Numbered from the stretch's first letter, positions 50,400 through 64,000 are shown. The stretch: 64,000 nt of DNA from Bugula neritina (GCA_964035545.1 OZ037770.1:14498642-14562641), one strand, 5' to 3'. Notes: a model not told the origin generated them from the sequence alone. Program-made: numbers and translations.

Positions 50400-51300
50400 A
50401 AGATTAACTGTAATGACAATACTGATACTCATAGTAATAGTGATACTCATACTCATAGTGATAGTCATACTCATACTCATACTGATAGTCCAAGTCACAA
50501 TGATTGAAGAAAAATTCAAAATATGTTAAACTGAAGACGAAAAATTAGAGCTGTTAATATCAAGATGATGATATGGACAATAGTACTAGGAATACAAAAA
50601 TTATTATGACTGATGATAGTGATAGTGATACTGGTAGCTATAAAATAATAAATTCAAGTAATCGTCCAAGGTCAAGCGTGAGCGGATATGAGTGATAGCC
50701 TGTTAAGCTTGTTCCGATGTAGTTGAGTATATGATCGTGGTACGATTACCAAATGAAAACCAGAGTGTGCTAAGATGCGGCGATTTTAATTTTGTCAGCT
50801 ATTACCATTTCCGAATTTTAAGTCCGTCTGTATTGATGTTAAATAGGACTTTTCCATCTTATTTTTCTCATTTGTAGTGATTACCAGAATCATACATTTT
50901 TTTATAGTCAACTAAAATATTTTACAGTGAACATATATTTGAATTAAACGCATTTAGATGTTAATTGCTATTGTCCTTGTAGTTGTTGCAAATGATAACT
51001 AAAATTGAAGTTGAGTTAAAACATTAAACAAAAAATTAAAATTAAATTGAAACTGTACTACTAGTACTAGTACTACTACTAGTAGTAGTACTAGTACTAC
51101 TACTAGTACTAGTACTTATACTACAGTACTAGATCTAGTACTACTATTAGTACTAGTGCTACTAATACTGGTATTACTAGTAGTAGTACTACTATTATTT
51201 CTACGTCCACTGTAGTCTGTAGCACTATGACTGTGACTATCACTATAACTGAGAATAGGTACTTGCACTACTTCTACTTTTAGTGCTAGTGAATTTTTTG
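50400..51300. promoter_or_regulatory. Probable bidirectional promoter region between DNTTIP2 (-) and PXYLP1 (+)
   Basis: Head-to-head start codons are 1.3 kb apart. A CpG-containing core (~50660-50830) is flanked by ACT/AGT low-complexity tracts. Confidence 0.5.
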
Positions 51301-51548
51301 TATATTATTTAAATATTATAATCATAACCATTATTGTTATTAATTATTTAGATAATTTCTCATATTTTCATTTTGATCTCCACCACAGGTACTGAATAAA
51401 TTCAATGGCTCTCAAATTAGCCAATGAAATAAAAAAAGTTTATAGATCTTTAAGTTTATATCTGTGCCATAAATGTTTACTCATTATCCATGTGTTGTTC
51501 ACTATAATAACAATGCTATTGGTATGCTGTAGATTTTTTGGTGCAAAA

Positions 51549-54500
51549 ATGGGTCGCCTTCGCCGTATGCTACTAGCTCTAGTGGTGTGCATGGTGATTA
51601 GCACAGTGCTGCTTCTTCATTATTTGGGTCAAAGCGAATTCCCTCCTTCTACCACCAGTTCTATGTTGGATTTTGGCGAGACAAATGAGGACACCCTACC
51701 TAATGTCCGGTTGGGGTATTGCCATTTTCCAGAAAATATCAAACTTGGATCTGAAGGTGAACTATTATTCTTGAAAAATTAAATGGAGCCGCTTTAATTT
51801 TTTTTAGTTTTTTTTGTTAAAATCGCTTTGATTTCTGTGTTATTCGAGTGTCTCAAATGCAGTATCTAAACCTCTTTTCTTTCCATAATTTTCTGTTTCA
51901 ATATACTTTGAACAGCATCAGCACAATTTTTTAAAAATTGCGTTTAATACAACAGACTGCTTAGTATAATACACTATGTTGTACAATAGGCTCTGATATA
52001 TTACCAGTAGTATAATTATAATCTAAAATGTATATTACAATAGACTGTGTAACATAATACTGTGTAATACAATAGACTGTGATCCTGTGTACGCATACAG
52101 GTATACCCCCATCAGTACGCTACAAGCTCAAATCAGTCACCGCTCTCATAAGACATGGTAACAGACTACCCATGGAGTCTACGCCACCTCTCGGACCCCT
52201 GAAACACCCAAACGTCTCTTGCAAACTCGACATTAAAGACAGCTACATGCCAAAGCAGCTCGCAGATTTCATTGGTTAGTGATGGCAGACGTTTCTGTTG
52301 TTAAAGTATGAGGGTGTAGATTTAAGATATTGTTCAATGTTGTGCCTAATTGTTGCTTATTGCCTGTTGCTTATTGACTGTTGTTTATTGTTTATTGCCT
52401 GTTGTTTATTGCTTATAATTTGTTGCCTATAGAAGCAACTAGTAAGAATATTAACTCACTTCTTACTGGTCAACCTTTGATTCTTAGTTTTGGCACTCGA
52501 CATCAAACCAAATTATTCCAACGTGATTATCATTTCTTTTGCTGGTCAGTTAATTTTAGTCGATGCTTTGTGTTAGACATATATAGTGGTTTTGGTGAAA
52601 AATTATCTAGGAACATTTGTTGTTAGTCTTGACTTCGGTTTTATTGAATGAACGTTAAAAAGCCACATTTTCCTTCTCTTGTTTAAACTACTCAATAAAC
52701 CCCAAAACAAATTGGATAAACTGAAATGCTTATATTTTTCTTCTAAAAGTTAGAGGCTTTAGCTACTAAGGATTTATTTCCTTTTTGGTGATGTTTTCAC
52801 TTTGTGTATCTGTTGCAGAAAAGACTAACGTAATGCCTACGTGGACATATGAGACATTACGACCTCAGTCTCCAGTATGTCATTCGGCTGGTCTGACACA
52901 GCTGGGTGTGGAGCAGCATCTGAAAACAGGCGGGCTTCTTCACCAGGTATGCTTTATGACTCATTTCACCAGGTATGTTTTATGACTCATTTCACCAGGT
53001 ATGCTTTATGACTCATCTCACCTTGTATGTTTTATGACTAACTGTCTTAGAATAAAAACTTGGAAATTTAAGTTTTCCTGGTTTACAAATTTCAACTTTT
53101 CATAGTTTTTCAACTTGATACAAAAATGGTTGCCATGGTAACTTGAGGTCTTGCTCATCTGTGATTGTTGAAGGTTTACTGGGCAGATACTTTGTGTTCC
53201 CTTTTTGCCATTACATTCACAGACTGTTGGAATTTAAAACTAGAGTTACGGTTTGCCCTAAATACAGCTTTGTTATGAATAGCTATCCAGTTTCATTGAC
53301 TAGTAATAGTACAGCTTTTGGGAGTTGTCTGTAGATTCTAGATATTCACAAAATAAGATAACTCCAATTTGCATGTCTTTTCTCAATACAGCTGTTAGAA
53401 ATTATTCTCTAGTGTAATTTTTACAAAGTGTGTAGAAATATAGCCTGAAGGATACGCTTCTGACATTCCCGTGATGTCTTTTACCATTTTATGGGCTATA
53501 AATGTAATTTATTTGGGTTTTATTGAGTATCATGTACATCCCCATTTTCTCAGGTAAAATAACTTCAGGCAGTAGTTTGCCAAAGTAGCAGTAATATAAA
53601 AGCACACTAGAATGTTCTTTCAACTTGGTGAATAATAATTAAACTCAGTTAATAAAACGGTTTACTATAGAAAAAATCCCAACTCCATTAACATTAGTAT
53701 ATAAATTAATTAAATTAAGACATAGTTGGATAAAAGATAGTTTATAAATATGAATTATAAATTATAAATTATTTTTTATCCAACTAAGTTTAATTTAATT
53801 AATTTATATATTAATGCCAATAAAGTTATGAATTATAAATTATCTTCACAAATACTCATTATTATTTTGAAGCAATTATTTGCAACCTGTATACAAAATA
53901 AGGCAGCCGTTATTCTTACATGTTGTTTTCATAATGCAGGTAGTGTTTTTATTACTATTACTCCCAAGTGGAAGATTTTCTCTCTATGATAGTTTAGGGT
54001 CCTATCAACATTGTTTTGCAGTTTATTAAACCCCAGGCACATAAACACCGTTATACAGTCAGTTTACATGTCAGCTTGGAGTAGAAGCTTCTACTTTGAA
54101 TATAGCCTACAAACCTTTATGATTACTTCTTAGCTAAACCCTTTTGAATAACTTAAATTACTGAATTGAATTGGAATTCATAAAATTTTCGATTATTTTT
54201 TTTCAAATTTAAATAAGAGGTTGACCTTTATTTCACCTTGATGTTATTACCTGGACACGTCCGGGACGTGACTGCACTTATGAATATTATCAACTCCTAG
54301 TTATTACAATGTCGGTGTACATCAGTTACTTTTCTTGCTTATCGTATTGTGTTTTTTCTTGCTTGAGATGTGCTGACATTCCTTGACATCTCTCTTGGGA
54401 GGTTCCCACAAGGTTCAATTCAGTATGTTTTGCCTTAGGCAGCATTACTAACTCACAGGCAGCAATTGCCATATTCAACTGGGTCTGTCAACTTTCACTA

Positions 54501-57156
54501 GTTGAAAGTTTAACATTTTAATTCGTCTCCTGTTTTTATTGCTAATGGGATTTTTAAAAAGTTTACCAAATAAAGTTTGAGAGTTTGTAGTATTGTTTTT
54601 AGCGTCAACAATGAATTCGCTCATGAAACTGCAGTCCTGTGAGAGTGTCTGAAATTATATGATGATGACATGTTGACATCTTAAAACACTAGTAAAGCAT
54701 CTGCTATACTGAGCTCCACTATTAAAATAATAATGAATAACTCTAGTTCAGTGGTAAAAGGTACATTTGTCCTTGACATGTGTGTAGAACATTAAGAGGT
54801 CCTGTAGAATGCTGCTTTCGTGTCGTAGCGAAGCTATTACAACTTTCTCCTAGAGTTTTCCAGAGGGGGAAGGAGGGTTGTGACTAAACTGGCGGGAATT
54901 TAGTGTAACAAATGAAATCTAAATTGTGGTTACAGTCTTATGTCGAAATATGTTCTACATGACTGCTAGGCATACAAGAAACAACTGGCACTCACACAAC
55001 TCAATGTTAGTGTTGTCTCCACTACGCGGAGTAGGACGATTCAGAGTGCCGTAGCCTTTGTTTTCGGTCTCTTACATGGGGAGGTCGATTACGCTTCTCT
55101 AGCTGTGGATCTCGCTTACACACAAGAGTTTTGTCGACATACAAAGGTATTCTTATTGATTATTCCTTTCTAATGCTGGTGTGGTTTTTAGGTATTTGAT
55201 TGAATGTTTTTAAATGCAATAGTATGTTTTCTTTTTGCATCAGCAACTTTTAAGATTTTATCCTAAACTATTCTCTTCTACAGTAACATGTTCTCCACTT
55301 TATATAGAGAGATACATTCTGTTTAATATCCTCTGTTCAATGGAATGTATCAATACTGCCACTTATTTATTCACTCACTCACTCACTCACTCACTCACTC
55401 ACTCATACTCTCACTCACTCACTCATACTCTCACTCACTCATACACTCACTCACTCACTCACTCATGATACTCTCACTCACTCATACTCTCACTCACTCA
55501 CTCACTCACTCACTCACTCACTCACTCACTCACTCACTCACTCATACTCTCACTCACCTAGTAATACTTTCACTCACTTATTCATCTATAATTAACTTAA
55601 ATTTCTAATCAGCAGTTAATGTGTTGTAAACTTTCTGTAGGCTAGTCAGTGTAATTGTAAAGCTGCTGAGATTCACAGACGGAGGGGAGAGAAACGTCTG
55701 CGCGAAATGCGAAAAACCGACAGATTTTTTATCGAGTTTGACTCGAGCATTCATAAGTCAATGGGAGGCAGATACAGTGTCAAGTCATACTATCCTTGGA
55801 AAGCCGCCTTAGACATGATGGTGTCCAGGACATGTAGAAAGAAGGCACTTCCATGTAATAAAAGATATTGCTTTCGTGGTGAGTACCCCGCTGGGGGTCT
55901 GATTAGATGACTACTTACTAAATCACTTATTCACTGTTAAGTCATACAAACTTATAGTTATTCATCACTTGCCACAGTTCACTCACTGTTGTTACTTACC
56001 CTAGTAATTTACTGTATCACTCACTGTAGTTACTTACTGTAGTTACTAACTGTAGTTACTTACTGTAGTTACTAACTGTAGTCACTTACTGTAGTTACTA
56101 ACTGTAGTTACCAACTGTAGTCACTTACTGTAGTTACTAACTCTAGGTACTCACTGTAGTTACTTACTCTAGGTACTCACTGTAGTGGTTGTAGTTAATA
56201 ACTGTAGCTACTTACTGTAGTCACTTACTGTAGTTACTAGCTGTAGCTACTAACTGTAGTTACTCACTCTTGTAGTTTATTCACGATCAGTGCTTTGCAG
56301 TAAATGTGCTCTCTCATCTAATATATCGTGGAAATACTCAAATGTCTGCATACTCTCGTTTAATGCCGGTGATATGCTGGTGTTTTAGTGAGTCAAGTTG
56401 ATCTCATTTGGCAGAGTATGAGTTACTATTTCCAGCACATGTCTGCTGACACAGACATACTAATTGCTGCCAAGTTGGAGATGTACAGATTCCTCAAGGT
56501 AATTCTCCCGCGTAGTGCCCTGCTATCTGTTCATATCCTATTTTTTATGGAAATAGCTAGAAGCAGCACCGAGCTGGGTGTAACTCTGAACACATTAGTT
56601 TGGGGCTGTCTGGTTTGAAGTTCGGACAGTGTTTTCTATACAAATACTAGACTCAGTCACCCGCAACTCGGTGCTGCTTCTAACGATTTCCCATTTTCTA
56701 CATCCTTTATTTAAAAAAGATTTTTTTGTCATTTTTGTTGGTCGACTTAGTTGTTCAATATTTCAGGAGATAGTGTTAAGGATGTCTGACCACTCTACCC
56801 GCCCATCACAACTAATACCAGATAAGTTCACAGTCTACTCAGGTCACGATAATACTATAATACCACTGCTAATAGCGCTAGAACTACCGGTAAAACAATG
56901 GCCTCCGTTTGCATCTAGGCTAATATTTGAATTATATGAACCGTCTGCGGGTGCCGTGAGAAAAGAGCACATCTTCAAACTAATATACAATGGTAGAGAT
57001 GTCACTAGACAGTTGAAGTTCTGCGTCAGTAGTGTGGGCTATTTGTACCACGGGTGTGCGCTGAAAGACCTCGTCAACTATGTTCATAATATCGTGCCTA
57101 GTCTGGGTGCCACCAGCTACGCGGAGGCGTGTGGCTCGCAGAGAAATGTTTTATAG
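51549..57156 (+). CDS. PXYLP1: 2-phosphoxylose phosphatase 1 (histidine acid phosphatase, type II membrane), ~474 aa
   Basis: Exons 51549-51756, 52101-52274, 52819-52946, 54970-55146, 55641-55878, 56389-56498, 56767-57156 total 1425 nt. N-terminal signal anchor, YC..P....G.EG, catalytic RHGNRLP, LTQLGVEQHL, RTIQSA, YSGHDNT, WPPFASRLIFELY, YNGRDVT..L.FC. Confidence 0.88.
53681..53827. repeat. Imperfect inverted repeat (~65-bp arms), possible MITE or foldback remnant
   Basis: TATATAAATTAATTAAATTAAA..TAGTTGGATAAAA pairs with TTTTATCCAACTA..TTTAATTTAATTAATTTATATA. Confidence 0.75.
55368..55580. repeat. (TCAC)n microsatellite
   Basis: Directly visible in a PXYLP1 intron. Confidence 0.95.
56018..56275. 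repeat. 13-bp tandem repeat (ACTGTAGTTACTT/A)
   Basis: Directly visible in a PXYLP1 intron. Confidence 0.9.
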
Positions 57157-60100
57157 CTGTATGAGTCGGAATTTTGGAAATTCTATTCACATTTAGTGGT
57201 TTCTCTCACCTATATTTGGGTTATTCAACAGCTGTTTGTTTATGAAATGATCACTCTTTTAAGAAGTTGACAAACAGAGTTTAGCTTCCTTTTTTTTCTA
57301 ACATTTAACTAAACTGATGTTATTATAAATCTTGAGACACAATTTTGCCAAAAGTTCACCAAATCTTTGCCCAGTTTTGAGGTTTATGAAAATTTAAATT
57401 GATTTTTGTTTGTGTAGCTTTACATTGAATCCAAAATCCTTGTTAGACTTGGTTTGGTCTATTTGGTTGAAACTTCAGTTTTTTAATAAAATTGCGTTAC
57501 AATTTGCAATGCTCAGAAATAGAAAAATTCTTTAACATGTTGAATCTTCGGTTATAGTTTGGTTGTTGTTTGACTGCCATCTCTCAATATTTATTTGGAA
57601 AAACTGTTTGTAGTTTGTTGTTCTGTTGTTTATGGTTTGTTGTTATGTTATATTTAATTTCTTTATCCAGTTTCATTTTGTAAAGTCTTCCTAATTAGGC
57701 AAATTCTACGGCTGGTAGAAATTTGATCTTTTCTAAACAGTTGGTATCAATTTATGTTAAATAGAAATTCTACTAAAATTATAAATTTGCTTTTGTTATC
57801 AAAATTAAAATCACAGGCTTCTGGTAACAGGCTATCTTTTAGTTTGCTACTATTTCTCAATTTACGCAACCTATTGAATTATGTTATGTAAATTTTACTA
57901 CAACCTAGCTTTATCTATCTGTTGTATCTTGCTAGAATTCTATTTAATGACACTGCTTACATGCATGTTATGCAATCCTTCTATTTTTCTGTCACACTGT
58001 CTGGCATTGTTCAAGTTCGTAGCTGTTTATGGCAACTGTTAATGTATTTTATGACATTTTAATAGGTTTCTCTACTTTTTTAGTGTTGTACATTCAGTGC
58101 TATTGTTATAGGTATTTGAAGTATTGCAATAGCAGAGGCTATATGTAGTTTTGGCACTGGTGCATCACTGCTTTCAGCCAAAGATGTGGCTTATTCACTG
58201 TTGATACTTATTATATTTAAACTATTATTTTTAAAGTTTATTTTTCTTACGAGTCTCAGAATAAAATTAGTTCAAAATTTAAATCTCCTCTGTTTGTATT
58301 ATATTGATCGAAGCAAAAGGTGTCGGAAATTAAACTTGTTTTTTAAAATTGAAGGTGAATCTGGAATGAAATATGATTATTATAATTACTTAAACTCGTT
58401 TATTTTAAAATTTTAGGTTTTTAAGTAAACAGTATTTCTCAGTAATTTTCTTGGATTTCATATCTTCTAAATATGAAATTGAAAATATTTTGCAATATAC
58501 TTAAATGCATGCTCATTGGAGTGTGGCTTTCTTATAACCGCGGAAGTGTTCTCAAAATTTTTCACAATTTTTACTAGAAAGTGGCATTTAAATAAAACTA
58601 AAATTTATGCACTATATATTATGCATGTCTTACCACACTGTTACTACCCAAAATTTTATCGCCAGTTAAAACTTTGTTGCATGTGTTTAATACATTCCAA
58701 ACAATAATGTCATTTTGCGTAGACCCTTGTCTTTGATCCTATAGAAAGCATAGATAGTTGAGTCTTTCCTCATATAGAAAATATAGATAGTTGAGTGACT
58801 TTCTGCTGTCTTGAAATTGTTGTTAAAACTGTAACATTATAAATAGGGTGTTGGATAACCTTTGGTCATGCTATGTTTAAATTAAAACTAGTGGTTAATA
58901 CAAATAAAACTGTGTATTTAGAACATCTGTACAACAATGACATACTTGATTTCACTTTCTTATCCACTTACATCTGTAGATATTCTAACCTCTTCCTCTC
59001 ACATCTATGTCAATATCTTCACCATTTCTGACCAAAATTCACTGCTGCTTATTGACAAAGAAACACTAAAGCTGTGACTTTCATGGAATTCACACTTGAA
59101 AATATTTAATTAAGAGTTAAGCATGTGGCCGAAGGAAATAAACAAATCAAGTGAATGGTTTAGCCATGTTCCACAACAATAGATCATATCTGTTTCTTCT
59201 ATTTTTAATCTTTGTTTTTGAGCAATTAATTAGTGAAATCTAATTGAATGTTGCCAGTTGAATGTGTGAGGTTTTATTCTGTGTGCGGGTTTGGCACAAG
59301 GTTGACACCAGTTGTTGGATGTGAAACTGAGAGTCGAAGCTCATTGCGTACATCAGGGCCACTGAAAGGGAAATTCCGGTAAACTGTAGCTTGAGCTGGG
59401 GACCACAACGATCAGTATTTTTCAAATTACTTTATTCCAAACCTTACGAATCATTACACAATAAAGTCCCAATAGTTACAGCAAACTGCATGGTTTGTAG
59501 CAATGTATATTATAAGTAAGACATTCAAAAGGTAGTTTGTTACTCTAATTCATAGCAATTTGGAAAATAATTTTGATTTTATGCCATTGAGGACCACATA
59601 AATATAGGCCGCCTGTTGGACAGTCCTGATGAATGTTGGACATCAATGCAAATCGTCATTTCTAATCATACATTGACAGTGTAAAGCTTGAAATTTTATA
59701 CTTTCTGCAAAAACCTTTCATCTTTTAGTTTTTTAAACTCTGATGTGTTTTAGGCTTTTTTAATTGTTTTAAGGTTTTAGAAAGTTTACACTATATTTTA
59801 CAGTTGTTTAAATGAGTAAATCTGCGGTCCAATAATAGCAACACAGAAGTTTCCGGAAGTCTATTTGTTCTGATGACAGAATTTTTATTCTTACAACATC
59901 TCTAAACCCAAGTAGGTGTTTGTTTGTTTATGTCAGTAAATTTCGTTTGTTGCCGTAGAAAGCTCAAAATATTTACAATACGTATTAGTTTAGGTATTTG
60001 CTTGTAAAATAAAGTAAACAGTTAGATACGCTTTGGTACAGCAAAACCAGTTTCATTTTGGGAGTTGCCCTCTACAGTATATTTCTTGGTTATACAATGT

Positions 60101-61246
60101 ATTATAAAAGAATTCTCATCTTGTATATGATTCTAAACATAAACATAGGTTTTGGAAATAATGTCTGATTCGATGATCAAAGAGCTCGTTATCTAAATCA
60201 TCACTTGTCTGACAAATAGACAAAAGGCAGCAGATCTTTAAAGTGATAAAACTAGGGTGTGTCCAGCAGCAAGCTTCACCCTATTCATGTTATAAACCTG
60301 AAAAACAATAAACCCATCTAATTAGCAAGGCTTTTGTCTTCAAACACAGATACTATCATTGTTGGACTGTAACTATAAAATACTGCAAATATTTTGTGGT
60401 AAAAGCTGTCTTAGCCGTTAGTTGAGGTTAAGATCTAGGGCTAAGGGTTTTATGGTCCACTACTAAGAATATGAAAGTGAGTCAACAAGGGTGTGTCAAT
60501 TGCTGCCTCACACATATTTTCAGTTTAAATTTTTAAAACTTTAGCATTCAAAGCAGCAGCCTATTGTTTATGGTAGACAGTCTCAACATCTGTTTCCAAG
60601 AATTAGTTCCAATGATGGACTTCAGTTTGTAGGTAAAGCTTTTTGTTACTTTGAGCAAAGAGAATAATTAACTAATTTCACATTTGGAGTTGAGATTTTA
60701 TCATTTTGAATATCTAATCAAGTTGACTCCATTTCATAGTTTAACAGACATCTTTTCAGATATTACAGAAATTAGTCTTCTATTTTTCGTCATTCATTGT
60801 ATGAAAGCTCTAGATTTATGCAATCTTTCTAGAAGATTCTATTACTTGAAGTTGATTTGGTTGTTTCCTTGGAAGTTGTCCTTTTCCTATATTAAAAATG
60901 TAATATAGAATAATTTTAGAAACCTCAGGAATTTAAAAGGCAGCAAGTGGTTAAAAGTTTTTTTTTATTGGGTTGAAGTCAGCTGACTCAGATAAAGGAT
61001 AAGGAAAGAGAAAAATGGGGGGGGTCTCTAATGGATGGTAATAGTTTATGTGGTCACTACGAATTCTATTAAATCGGGCATTATGTTGTTTGGTTCAAGA
61101 ATCATTTTATTTTTAATAAGACTATTTTCCTTTTTATTTACAAACATTTGCTTCGAGTTGAACATAGGGTTACGTTTTCTCTTTGGTTAGCTTGACATTT
61201 TTGCTGCTGTCAAATGATAATCCGATTCGCAGGCGTATTATCTATG

Positions 61247-61333
61247 CTCCGCCTTCCTCAGGCATTGCCAGCCAATCAGCATCGACTTTCGCGCTGGTAA
61301 CGCGACCCCCACTACTCGGTGTTATTTAAAAGG
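61247..61333 (+). promoter_or_regulatory. Core promoter: GC-box-like element, CCAAT box and TATA-like box
   Basis: CTCCGCC near 61247, AGCCAATCAG at 61270, TATTTAAAAGG near 61323, about 165 nt upstream of ATG 61491. Confidence 0.55.
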
Positions 61334-61490
61334 CATTGAAAACTTTTAGATAAAGATTTATTGAAACTAATTACTATAGACAGGGTCTGCAGTGTAGAGC
61401 CTAGCACAAGCTGAATACTCTACAGATTACAAAGATAATTTACAAACAAGGAACTTGAGTCATTTTTTCACCAGAGGAGCTGCTTGAATT

Positions 61491-61650
61491 ATGACTTTTC
61501 ACAGCTGTAGGAGCTGCTTTATCATTGTGATTGCCTGCTATAACTTTAGCTTGGGATTAGCCACAGCCTATGATACTTTAGCAGGGCCTGTTGATGATAT
61601 CCCGTTGAAGGAAGATAGGAGAGTTCAGTCTGGTATCTCACATTCTGTTG
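61491..61650 (+). CDS. First coding exon of an unidentified secreted or membrane protein
   Basis: MTFHSCRSCFIIVIACYNFSLGLATA signal-like peptide, then YDTLAGPVDDIPLKEDRRVQSGISHSV. Donor G|GTGAGA at 61650 is followed by low-complexity intron. No further exon was identified in the window. Confidence 0.6.
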
Positions 61651-63104
61651 GTGAGATATTTGTCATGTTATATTACTTTATACTGTATTCTATTATAATT
61701 ATACTGTATTCTATTATAATTATACTGTATTCTATTATAATTATATTGTATTCTGTTATATTGTATTATATTTCATCGTATTATAGTTTGATTATATCGT
61801 ATTGTATTATATTTATATTGTATGACTTTCTATTGTATAGCATTATTTTTTATTGTATTTTATTATATTGTAATAGTTTATATTATATTATATTGTATTG
61901 TATTAAGATATGTTGTATTAAGTTATATTCTATTATATGTATTGTATATTGTGCTACATTACATTAAAACTCTTTGCTGATATAAAACTGTATTTTATAG
62001 CTATATTATATTCTTCGAGTTATTTAATTGTATTATTATCTTGCGTCAAAAGTGTTAGTATTTAGATTTAAATTGTCATTAGCTGGTAACAGAAGAAAGT
62101 AAAAGCGAAACTGCTAATTCTATTGCTTTAAGTTTAACGTAGGGCAACGTTTTCTCTTTGGCTAGCTTGACATTTTGCTGCTGTCAAATGATAATTCAAT
62201 TCGCAGGCGTATTGCATAACGCATCATATTCAATGTTTTTAGTATTGAAGTATTTTGAGGATTAATATATTTCATTAAGGATATCAAGATATTCAGTGTG
62301 TGACACAATGGCAATTAAAACTTTAAAATTTACATTGTACAGAGTCATGTGGTATAAATGATACTTGCAGGCATAGTAAATTATATTAACAGCCCATATA
62401 TATGTTACATATTATATATGTAACATATATATGTAGTATGTAAAGCATATAAGATATTGTTCTATATATTATATACATTTTATTTTTCACTTTTCTCACC
62501 TAAATTGATATATCTTTTATATCCGGGGATATATTATAACGCTGTGTATAGTAAATAAGGTATACAGTATAATTGTGCTTTCCACAACTAACTTTTAGCG
62601 TGGTTATGTGTCTGGCATAGTTTAAATATTCATAAACCTAAATATTATAACCAACTACAGGGGTTTTAATGATAATTGTTTTTTTTTTGTAAGAAGACTA
62701 TTAAATTATGACTTTCCACTAATGCAATGAGTGCATTTACTGCATTTATCTGCCTATTTGTCTCCATTGTAACAAGTTTTGCACTGGGTTTGCTATTTTG
62801 GTACATATATAAGATATTTCACGCTGATTATGTCTAGCCACTAATTAATAAAGATATAATTAACACTGTACTAATCTGCCCATAGTGGCTACTGCGTGTT
62901 TCACTTCTACCCTGTTAATCTGCCCTACAAACTCATTTTACTCCGAATAAGTGCATTCCACAAAAATATATTTTATATTTGTGTTTACGGAAAATCATCT
63001 GCATGTTTCACCTTGAGCAAGTTTAATCATCAGCCTGAAACTAACCAATAGTTCTACTGAAAACATGAAAATTCAATTTTAGCAGTTGTAAAATATTTTT
63101 CCAC

Positions 63105-63168
63105 ATTGGAATTTCAACCGCAGCCCTCCGGATTGCAAGCCATGGTGCGAACCATTACACTACAACAG
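63105..63168 (-). mobile_element. Degenerate tRNA-like head (SINE or tRNA pseudogene, TGC anticodon loop)
   Basis: Minus strand reads TGTAGTGTAATGGTTCGCACCATGGCTTGCAATCCGGAGGGCTGCGGTTGAAATTCC: A-box, 7-nt loop CTTGCAA, damaged B-box, no acceptor stem. Confidence 0.5.
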
Positions 63169-64000
63169 TATTTGATGTGAATATAGGTACATAGAAACAA
63201 GAATTCTACTAGTTTTAGAAACTGGGCCTTAAATAAGGTTGTCTTTGCCCATAGTTGCTAAGTTCAGACAATTCTGTGTAATAACCTGCACTGTCCGTAG
63301 AAATGGTGCCAGCAAGATCACACTGATTGCAAACGCCACTCACTTTTTTGAATAACAAGATGGGGGATGCAGATAAAAAATATTTTGTTCGTTAATAGTG
63401 TAGCCAAAACCATTTCCCCCATTTTACTTTGAATGTAGGTATTTAAAAAAGTTGATAGTCACAAATGCAAGTTGCTTTGAGACGAATTTGTGTTTTTTGC
63501 AGCCAAGTTATAAATGCTGTGTCCTGTTTAATTCTTTTCAATTTTTGGAAGGGTTTTATTGTTTTGTGTTGAGGGAGTTTATCCACCCCTAGGTTGTATC
63601 CACCTCTAGGTTTCTCGTTCCAAAAAGATACACAGTGTCTTATCAGCGTAATTCACACTTTCCTGAATGGCCTCTCTGTTTGATTACTAGATTGTAATAA
63701 AACCACTTATTCACCACAAGACCTCTCCACAAAATGCTTTGGAATCTTGACTCTTTACTCACTGACAGAAGTTTAGAGGTCATTGCTATAAAATCTTCTG
63801 CAAAGGTTTTTGCACAAGTTTTGTTTAATCAAATCTAATCTCTAAAACTGAAAATTCATAGGACCAATCCTTGTAAATTTCCCATATTGTTTAAGGAATA
63901 TTCAGGAAAAGCCATAAAAATCTAAAAGTTTTGTAAAGTTAGAAGTTAGACTCAAACTTGCCCAACTTTTGAGCAATTCCAACAGCTTAGTTTCAGCTCC

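Noticed and set aside
59368-59377. Isolated GGGAAATTCC kB-like site
   Set aside because: Single site with no adjacent TATA box or gene start; could be chance.
61651-61967. Hydrophobic Ile/Tyr-rich C-terminal part of ORF 61491-61967 as transmembrane segments
   Set aside because: Read-through into low-complexity intron after the GTGAGA donor.
63105-63168. Functional tRNA-Ala gene
   Set aside because: The B-box is mutated (GGTTGAAAT) and the acceptor stem does not pair; treated as a SINE head or pseudogene.

Overview
AT-rich, intron-containing animal genomic DNA. An invertebrate is likely; compact introns and gene content would fit a lophotrochozoan, but that is inference only. I spliced GT-AG exons by hand with consistent phases. 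Genes in order: (1) 3' end of VEPH1/melted (+); (2) FRS2-family PTB adaptor (-); (3) ~1088-aa Mth/adhesion-like GPCR with a duplicated Cys-rich ectodomain (-); (4) SUEL-lectin/CUB single-pass receptor (+); (5) divergent PAC1/PAC2-like proteasome-chaperone gene ending in an HbYX motif (-); (6) SZRD1 (-); (7) DNTTIP2/Fcf2 (-); (8) PXYLP1 (+); (9) first exon of a secreted protein (+). Main discovery: the 8-kb intron of the PAC-like gene holds, on the opposite strand, three tandem paralogous 3-exon genes that the ORF track mostly misses. They encode ~101-106-aa leaderless proteins built from two copies of an H-x4-C-x18(21)-C-x-C module. Each sits behind a TATA promoter with NF-kB-type sites (GGGAATTCCC and variants), making this a candidate novel immune- or stress-inducible zinc-binding family. 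Also notable: FRS2 appears to have lost its N-myristoylation start, tandem repeats repeatedly duplicate splice sites, and 6-bp-periodic tracts flank promoters. No CRISPR array, rRNA or intact transposase/RT ORF was seen.
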